From: Nemertoderma westbladi
Taxonomy: Eukaryota > Animalia > Xenacoelomorpha
NCBI GenBank assembly: GCA_032718475.1
Contig: JAUCBJ010007690.1
Span: 4,373 to 68,372 of the forward strand
Length of the DNA: 64,000 nucleotides
Reading direction: 5' to 3'
This document shows, one piece after another, positions 57,270 to 64,000 of this stretch. How positions within the stretch are numbered: position 1 is the first letter of the stretch; each line of letters starts with the position of its first letter. The translations under genes were made by a program, and so were the position numbers. The notes below the pieces were generated by a model. It was given only the letters and a program-made list of their open reading frames with translations. It ran no database searches and was not told the DNA's origin.

Positions 57270-58020
57270 ATTAGCTTTCGATAGCTCTCTCAATCTTTTT
57301 CAAATAAACGATATTTTAGAATAATGGCACTACAAATAATAATACTACCCTAGCAACTAATGAGTTTGTTAAATCAGTGAATCTTTAATAATCTTTCTAA
57401 TTTTTAAGGATTGAAAACATGAAGTTCAAAGTTATTGATCACCGCCTCGTTGAGAACATTCAAACCCATCGGTTGTAAAGTTTCCAACCGGCACTGCCAT
57501 TCTCCCTCTTTAATTCTGAATTTTTGTCGGTTCAGTTTTTTGTTTGCTGAGATTGGTAGACAATCAAATGGTGTAATTCTGAAGTATGCATTGTAAGAAT
57601 GACCCGAGGTAGTAAAATGTCTGTCGATGGCAGTCGATGGTTTATCGTTAATTATCTTTGTCTTGTAGTTGGCTATCCTAGGCTTTAAGTCCTCTGTTGA
57701 ACCGATACCAAATAAGTTACATTTAATTCAAGTCACCACGTAAATTACATTTTTAGCATTGCAAGATAAATCATTTTTTTCATTTATCATTGCTGTGGTT
57801 TATGTTAGTTGTTGAGCTGACTTATTTTAAAGGTAATAATACTTTACAGGGGACACATGCCGCTCTGTCACATTTATGAACTCCTAGAAAATCACTAGAT
57901 GAAGGTTCCCTTGCACACCTCAGTCTGGATGGCGCAAGGATATTCTTTAAGGTTGGTGCCCGGCGAGTTACAACTTCCAATTTATGACTATTCCAAAAAG
58001 AGTTTTGTGTAGTATACACA
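57270..58020 (-). mobile_element. Penelope-like element 3' relic (Cys linker plus GIY-YIG endonuclease, Neptune-type), disrupted
   Basis: Minus-strand translation RRAPTLKNILAPS...CDRAACVPC / LSCNAKNVIYVVT*IKCNLFGIGSTEDLKPRIANYK / EGEWQCRLETLQPMGLN. A downstream TTGAAAAAGAT...ATCGAAAGC motif resembles a hammerhead core (57273-57304). Confidence 0.85.
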
Positions 58021-58822
58021 CTGACTCTCTAATTACTTTCAGTTTGGTTCTTCCTTAGTTTAGGCCTACAGTTTAATTATCTGCAGTTGAGTCTGACCCT
58101 CCAGTTCAGATTATACTTTACCGGTACGTCGTGACTGCCGGATTATATCACCACACATTCATTATCAGTCATGGCGCAAAAAAAAATGAATTTGTCACCC
58201 AAAATATTTCTAACTCTATATATAGCTCAAAATCAACGTAATTTTATTTTTTAAATATTATATGTATCCACTGGCACGTGGCTACACCTTCAGGTTGCGA
58301 CACTCTCTCTCTCTCCAACTGAGCGATCCAAAACACCATGGCCGGCTAAACCTAACTAACTATCCTAACTAATAAATTGAGTTCAGTTTCGCAGTTAAAC
58401 AACCGATAATTTTTTACTGCTTCCACAAATACAATGGTACCAACAAAACAACTAACCTTGTTTGCTGTGAGATTCCACGTCCGTGTCCTAGGTTTCAGTC
58501 TTGTCGCTGATTGCAAACCGAACCCAACACCCCCACACAAACCCCCACACCCCCACACAAACCCCAAACTCAGAAGCTCCGTCTCGCCATGTATCTCCAG
58601 ATGGTATAAAATAATTAAGCGGTTATCCAACATGCCGGTACAAAACTTAAAAAATAATTTTATTATATATAAATTTTGGCCGAAACTGAATTCTCACAAA
58701 CCTAGCTAAAATTTTTAAGAAGTTACTAATTTACAATTTTATCCTAACGGCCCAATAAATTGTTGTATTTCTGCGATTAGTGAACAAAAGCTCTCACTGT
58801 TGCAAGCAACAGCAAAATACAA

Positions 58823-58906
58823 TGGTTCTTACTGTACGTAGTACAGTAAGTAAAAGTGGTTCTTACTGTTACGTAGTACAGTAAATAAAAGTGGTTCTTA
58901 CTGTTA
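58823..58906. repeat. 34-35-bp tandem repeat (~2.4 copies) with internal hairpin
   Basis: TGGTTCTTACTGT(T)ACGTAGTACAGTAARTAAAAG. The first copy contains the stem CTTACTGTAC-GTA-GTACAGTAAG. Confidence 0.8.
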
Positions 58907-59331
58907 AACAAGCGCAATCAGGAGCTGGTTCTTACTATTGAACAATACAGCATTCGCAAGCAGCAAAAACATAAAGTTGCTTCTTACCGCTAAGCGGCGC
59001 TGACCAGGCCATCCACTAATATGTTTTACTATTATTTACTATACGGCTCCTACAAATCGCTTGCTCCTTTCTCTGTTGATCGCTCAACAGAGAGCTAACT
59101 GTTCGAATCTATGAGCCACGTGGGAATAACCAAAACAATAAACCCGAAATCAGCTCCCTAAGCTACTTAAAACAAGTGTGGGTGGCCTAACACTCGGAGT
59201 TCACTTATCGCAAAACACTGGAATTTACTGGGTAGAACACGTCGAATGTAAGAATATTTTAATAATTTACAGGGACAGATCTGTTACTTTATTGTGTCGA
59301 AACTTGGCCTTTGGCTGGGTTTAGACCAGCA

Positions 59332-62050
59332 ACTAATACTACTACTAGGATCGGCATGCTGCATTGCAGCTGCATTTTTAAGAATGCTGTGCCGGCTTGT
59401 CAACAAAATTGCACCGCCACAAATCCCTATCACCCATGACATTTGCTAGATCATCCACATCTTTAAGGCCAGTGTCCTTTAAGATGCGTCTCAAGAAAGT
59501 CATGGGCTGTCCACCATGCTTATTCACTCCATGAGGCTGCCAAAGTACAAGATTATGCACTGGCTGGTCCTCACAGCGAAAGCAATGTCCTGCAAAGCGG
59601 AGGCGATTTTGTTCTAGTGTCAAGCTTGGGGGAACCAATGAGACACCTCCAATGTTATATAGTGTCTGGTTGGAGATGTGTGCATTGTACTTGACACAGT
59701 GAACCCGGCGTAGCATTCTTGTGAATGTGCCATCCAGAGATTTGGTGTCCTCAGCAGTTAGAGCCCAGCATGGACTCCCGTAGAGGAGTACTGGAACTAC
59801 TGCTGCTCTAAATAATCGGACCTTAAGTTTCCGATTAATTCTCGGTGACTTCCAAATCCTGGAAAGCCTATTCAAGGCTGCCCATGCCTTTCCCTTACGT
59901 ATTCGAAGGTCCTCACCTGACTTCCGGATCCATGATCCCAGGTAACAGAAGTCGTCCACATGCTCAAGCATACCATCCTTTGAGCTTATGCTCATCCGAT
60001 CAGAGACTTGCTGGGGACTTTCAAAGTTAACTGTCAGAATTTTGGTCTTTCTGGAGTTAATAAAAAGACCAACACTAGAAGCAGCATGTTCTAATGAGCT
60101 GAGGAGCCGTTGGGCTCCCTCTAATGATTCTGAGAGTACTCCTAAGTCATCAGCAAAGTCTAGATCAGTTAGGTACTTGGCAGGATTTCCTCGACTTCTG
60201 GAGCCAGAAGGTGGAGCTATCATCACCCCATCATCATTATAATGATCTAAGGACATGCGTAGAACATAGTCATCCACAATAATGAACAAGAATGGTGCAA
60301 GTGTGTCTCCTTGGAGGACGCCCCATAACACTTCAAATGGTTCTGTGTCACCGTCGACAGTAGACACAAATGTTGTCGAACCATCGTATACTGATCTGAT
60401 TGCTGCAATAATTTCATCAGGAATCCCATATAATTAAAGTATGCTGAACATACGTGAGCGAGAGACTGAATCAAAGGCCTTGAAGAAGTCAACAAAGATA
60501 ACAGCCAGATGCCTGTCTTTCTTTTTTGATAACTCTTCAATTATCCTTCTAAGTGCCAAAATGGGCTCCATGGTCCCACGACCTTTACGGAACCCATTCT
60601 GATTTCCATGGAGCAGTCTCTCAATGGGATCCCTGATGCGATTTAATAGAATCCTATTGTATAGCTTTGCAGCAATCGAGATCAATGAGATTCCCCGAAA
60701 AGAACCATAGAGTGTTAGGTTGCCCTTCTTGGGAACTGGCACCAACTTATTTGTTTTCATTTCTTGTGGGACTCTTGTTGTTCGGTACATGTCTACTATG
60801 ATGGGATAGATGAGCTTTAAACACTCAGATATTTTAAAGACCTCAGGGGGAATACCATCTACTCCACTGGCACGATTGGTTTTAATGCTCTTTGCAGCAG
60901 CCTTCACTTCTGCAAAGGAGATATCGCCAATGGGAATATCTGGGAGTACAGACTCAGACACTTTTACTTCTATAAAGTTATCAGGCAATACCCTGTCATT
61001 ATTGAGGAGCTTTTCAAAGTGGGCTTTCCAACCATTGAGGCGATCGGCTGGTGATTCAGCCTTAACCTTGGTGGTTGGTTGGCTTTTCTGCCCAGTAAGC
61101 AGATTGATCGATTTCCATGCCTGGGATGATTGCCTGCTGTCGTCAGCATCATTGATGGCATCAACCTGTTGGTTTATTAGCTCCTGTAGATTAGTAGAGT
61201 ACTGCCTGTTCAGGGATCTAGATGCAGCCTTAACTGCATTCTTGGCCGCTGTAGTCTGTTTGAGTCGGGACTCTTTCTGCGCCTTATGAAGGTCATTTCT
61301 GCACTTCTGAATTTTGTTGTCAGTCCAGGGGCCCCTTTTCCTGTTTCGAGGGTATACAGGGACTGTTTCTGCAGCTGCTAACTTAACTGCTTCTGTAAAG
61401 GCAGTATAGCCCTCACAGTGATCTGCCGCCTCAGAGGCAAGAGCCTCATACCTGTTGCTCAGCTGTAGTGTGAAGCTGGATCTCACACTTGGCTGTTGCA
61501 ACAGAGAGGATCAGTCATGCCGTGGCAAGGCAGATTTCGTTGTTCTGCTAGCACGCAGACTAAGTCTTACCTTGGCCACAATAAGGCGATGATCACTGGA
61601 GAAGGGTCGAAGTGTAAATGCATTACATTCTTGTATAGAGCTCCTGTATTTCCTACGAAACAGAATATGGTCTATCTGGGACTTGTGACCACTGGGTCCA
61701 CTATGAGTCCATAGCTTTCCAGTTCGCTTCTTGAACTGGGTTCCAGCCGAAAACAATCCATTTCCAGAGATAAAATCCTGAAGATGGACAGAATTTCGGT
61801 TAACACTATTGCTATAGACCCAGGGCGATGTAGGTGATTGATGCAGACTTGCATTAAAGTCTCCCAGGAATGTTAAGAATGCATGCTGATCCACTCCATC
61901 AGTAGCTGCTTGTAGATTGTGGTAGAAATTTTCCACCTCCTCTACAGGGGCAACACTAGTTGGAGAGTAGCACACAATCAGAACCACCTTAGGAAACTTC
62001 TTAGCCACAGAACATGAGAAGTGGCAACGGATGATGTGAGTAGTAAGATG
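59332..62050 (-). mobile_element. RTE/RTEX-like non-LTR retrotransposon (APE + RT), 5'-truncated, frameshifted
   Basis: Contiguous APE-RT coding sequence, short 3' UTR and a (TAG)n tail at ~59332-59348. Confidence 0.92.
59378..62050 (-). pseudogene. APE endonuclease-reverse transcriptase ORF broken by two frameshifts (~61505, ~60430)
   Basis: APE: CYSPT, LGDFNA, WTH, QIDHIL, SDHRLI. RT: GVDGIP, VPKKG, FRGISL, QNGFRKGRGT, FVDFFKAFDSV, GVLQGDTLAPFLF, DFADDL, YLGSWI, LRFAGH. Confidence 0.92.
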
Positions 62051-62118
62051 AACCCCTTTTCGGCGACAGTTTAGTCCCACTTCGCACCTTGGGTGTTAAG
62101 TAGGTCATTAATTAATTA

Positions 62119-62218
62119 ACCAATTAATTAATTGGTCGATTAAACAATTAATTAATTGTTTAATCAATCGATTTGTATCAAATAATGTTGCCAAAGGCAA
62201 TTTAATTTGATACAAATC
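62119..62218. repeat. Cluster of three adjacent palindromes/hairpins
   Basis: ACCAATTAATTAATTGGT (62119-62136) and GATTAAACAATTAATTAATTGTTTAATC (62138-62165). A 14-bp stem GATTTGTATCAAAT/ATTTGATACAAATC (62170-62183/62205-62218) encloses TTGCC-AAA-GGCAA. Confidence 0.92.
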
Positions 62219-62264
62219 AATCAGATAGGGACGCGCGATGAATAAATTGTACTACAGCAAACGA

Positions 62265-62747
62265 AATATACAATACAATATACAATACATTTGTATTATT
62301 TTTGCCATTCAGTAGGTAAAGATAGAATTAAATAAAAAGACACGAGCGGGGCCCAAAACATAAATTACCCACTCACGATAATAAAGTGGCCCAGTTTGGC
62401 CCCGAGTCATCCCTCAATAATCTGTGGCTGGTTGGGCTCTTATTAACCGTAGCATGACTAACCCAAACATCAATGCGTGAATGGGGCCTGCGTGAATGGG
62501 CTGCCAAGAGTTTAAATTATTCAAACCTACAGCTTCGTTATTACATCAATTCATCCAAGAAATTAGAATAAACATCTGCTCTTGCAATAGTTTGCATTCT
62601 TTCATATTGTATTGCGAAGCAGTCCACGCGCATCATTAGCTCAACAACAAAGCCATCGCCCAAACGCCATGTGTCAAGTCCATGTGAGGGTTGAACCCAC
62701 GACCTATTGGAGATGTGAATTCAAAGCAACCACTACACCAAGGTGGA
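62265..62747 (-). mobile_element. Putative tRNA-derived SINE (extent approximate)
   Basis: Minus-strand A box TGGTGTAGTGG (62740-62730) and B box GGTTCAACCC (62697-62688) at tRNA-like spacing. An (ATTGT)n-like tail lies at ~62265-62290. Confidence 0.55.
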
Positions 62748-62817
62748 ACAGTAACGTTTGAATTTGTTCGTTAACGTTCGAATTTGTAAGACTCTGATTT
62801 AAGACCTGAGGCACTCC

Positions 62818-63475
62818 CCACAACCACAGCCACAGCCACAGCCACACCACAGCCACAACCACAGCCACAGCCACAGCCACAGCCACAGCCACAGCCACAG
62901 CCACAGCCACAGCCACAGCCACAACCACAGCCACAGCCACAGCCACAGCCACAGCCACAGCCACAGCCACAACCACAGCCACAACCACAGCCACAGCCAC
63001 AACCACAGCCACAGCCACAGCCACAGCCACAGCCACAGCCACAACCACAGCCACAGCCACAGCCACAGCCACAACCACAGCCACAACCACAACCACAGCC
63101 ACAACCACAGCCACAGCCACAGCCACAGCCCACCACAGCCACAGCCACAGCCACAGCCACAGCCACAACCACAGCCACAGCCACAGCCACACCACAGCCA
63201 CAGCCACAGCCACAACCACAGCCACAGCCACAACCACAGCCACAGCCACAGCCACAGCCACAACCACAGCCACAGCCACAGCCACAGCCACAGCCACAGC
63301 CACAGCCACAGCCACAGCCACAGCCACAACCACAGCCACAGCCACAACCACAGCCACAACCACAGCCACAGCCACAGCCACAACCACAGCCACAGCCACA
63401 GCCACAGCCACAGCCACAACCACAGCCACAACCACAGCCACAACCACAGCCACAGCCACAGCCACAACCACAGCC
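62818..63475. repeat. Hexanucleotide microsatellite (CCACAG/CCACAA)n, ~110 units
   Basis: Directly visible, with a few single-base register slips (~62846, ~63130, ~63191). Confidence 0.98.
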
Positions 63476-63579
63476 TCACCTTCACCCACTTTATTGTTAA
63501 ATACGCCTGAGAAAAATTCAAGAAACATCTGGTTTACAATAGATTATTCTTTTTTCACAACTCCATTCTAGCCTCCCTC

Positions 63580-63615
63580 TATAAAAGCCCCCATTCACCG
63601 CATTCTCATTCATTC
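63580..63615 (+). promoter_or_regulatory. Putative Pol II core promoter (TATA + initiator)
   Basis: TATAAAAG at 63580-63587 followed ~26-30 nt later by TCATTCATTC, upstream of the ATG at 63727. Confidence 0.45.
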
Positions 63616-63726
63616 TCTAATTTTTATTTTTAAAAGTTTTATTTATTTTCATAAAAGTTTTATTTATTTAAAATTTTGTAAAATCATTCAGCGAAAATTC
63701 ATAATATCCATTGACATTGCTATATA

Positions 63727-63843
63727 ATGCCTAGCTATGAAAGATGTTTGGTTTGTAATAAAGAAATGAGACGAGACAGTATATCCCGTCATATGAGTAT
63801 ACATAGAAAGGAAGGTGTAATGGAACCATTACAAAGAAATTAA
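63727..63843 (+). CDS. Small C2H2 zinc-finger-like ORF (38 aa), probably the frameshifted start of a longer gene running off the window
   Basis: MPSYERCLVCNKEMRRDSISRHMSIHRKEGVMEPLQRN* has the spacing C-x2-C-x11-H-x3-H. A second frame NDDIFSEEENKKRVESDFLEIKQMMKHKF... stays open to 64000. Confidence 0.5.
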   Translation: MPSYERCLVCNKEMRRDSISRHMSIHRKEGVMEPLQRN

Positions 63844-64000
63844 AAAATAATGATGATATTTTTAGTGAAGAAGAAAACAAAAAGAGAGTTGAGAGTGATT
63901 TTCTAGAGATTAAACAAATGATGAAACATAAATTCGATAAAATCATGAATATTTTGAAGAATATACAGAAACAGCCACATAGTGAAAAGGACGATGAGAG

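Noticed and set aside
53414-58709. Short ORFs at 53414, 54166, 54340, 55506, 55519, 56307, 56820, 56992, 58352 and 58434
   Set aside because: They are 60-93 aa, lack recognisable motifs, and several lie inside the MITE or retroelement relics.
59325-62050. TSD for the RTE-like element
   Set aside because: Only a mismatched 5-mer (TAATA vs TAGTA) overlapping the tail repeat was found, which is not distinguishable from chance.
62818-63475. Interstitial telomeric repeat
   Set aside because: The unit CTGTGG/TTGTGG does not match the common TTAGGG/TTAGG-type telomere motifs, and there is no other support.
62704-63528. VA-, CG- and WL-repeat ORFs (and the plus-strand PQ frame)
   Set aside because: They are translations of the (CCACAG)n microsatellite. 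Register slips break the frames and the PQ frame has an upstream stop with no ATG.

Overview
Eukaryotic (probably invertebrate) heterochromatin-like window. Positions 1 to ~52670 are an AT-rich 36-bp tandem satellite (consensus TAACATTGCATAATTAATTCAGGTATTGATTCATTR, roughly 1,200 monomers). It has 37/39/42-bp variants, multi-kb internal duplications and one stop-free minus-strand frame (MQCYNESIPELI)n. Two retroelements interrupt it. The first is a very young BEL/Pao-type LTR element (4811-11426, 666-bp LTRs, CATTG TSD, gag/protease missing). It has no tRNA-type PBS; instead the sequence next to its LTR is complementary to an internal LTR segment, the geometry of Tf1-like self-priming. The second is a 5'-truncated CRE-like restriction-endonuclease non-LTR element (22895-23619, ~16-bp TSD). 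Both share the same upstream junction in the monomer (TAACATTG^CATAA). The array ends directly at a signal-peptide, Ig-like pseudogene (52674-53225, minus). The last 11 kb hold a P-like foldback MITE, Penelope-like and RTE-like relics, a tRNA-derived SINE, a palindrome cluster, a (CCACAG)n microsatellite and a small C2H2-finger ORF. All family calls come from motif recognition by eye; no database search was run.
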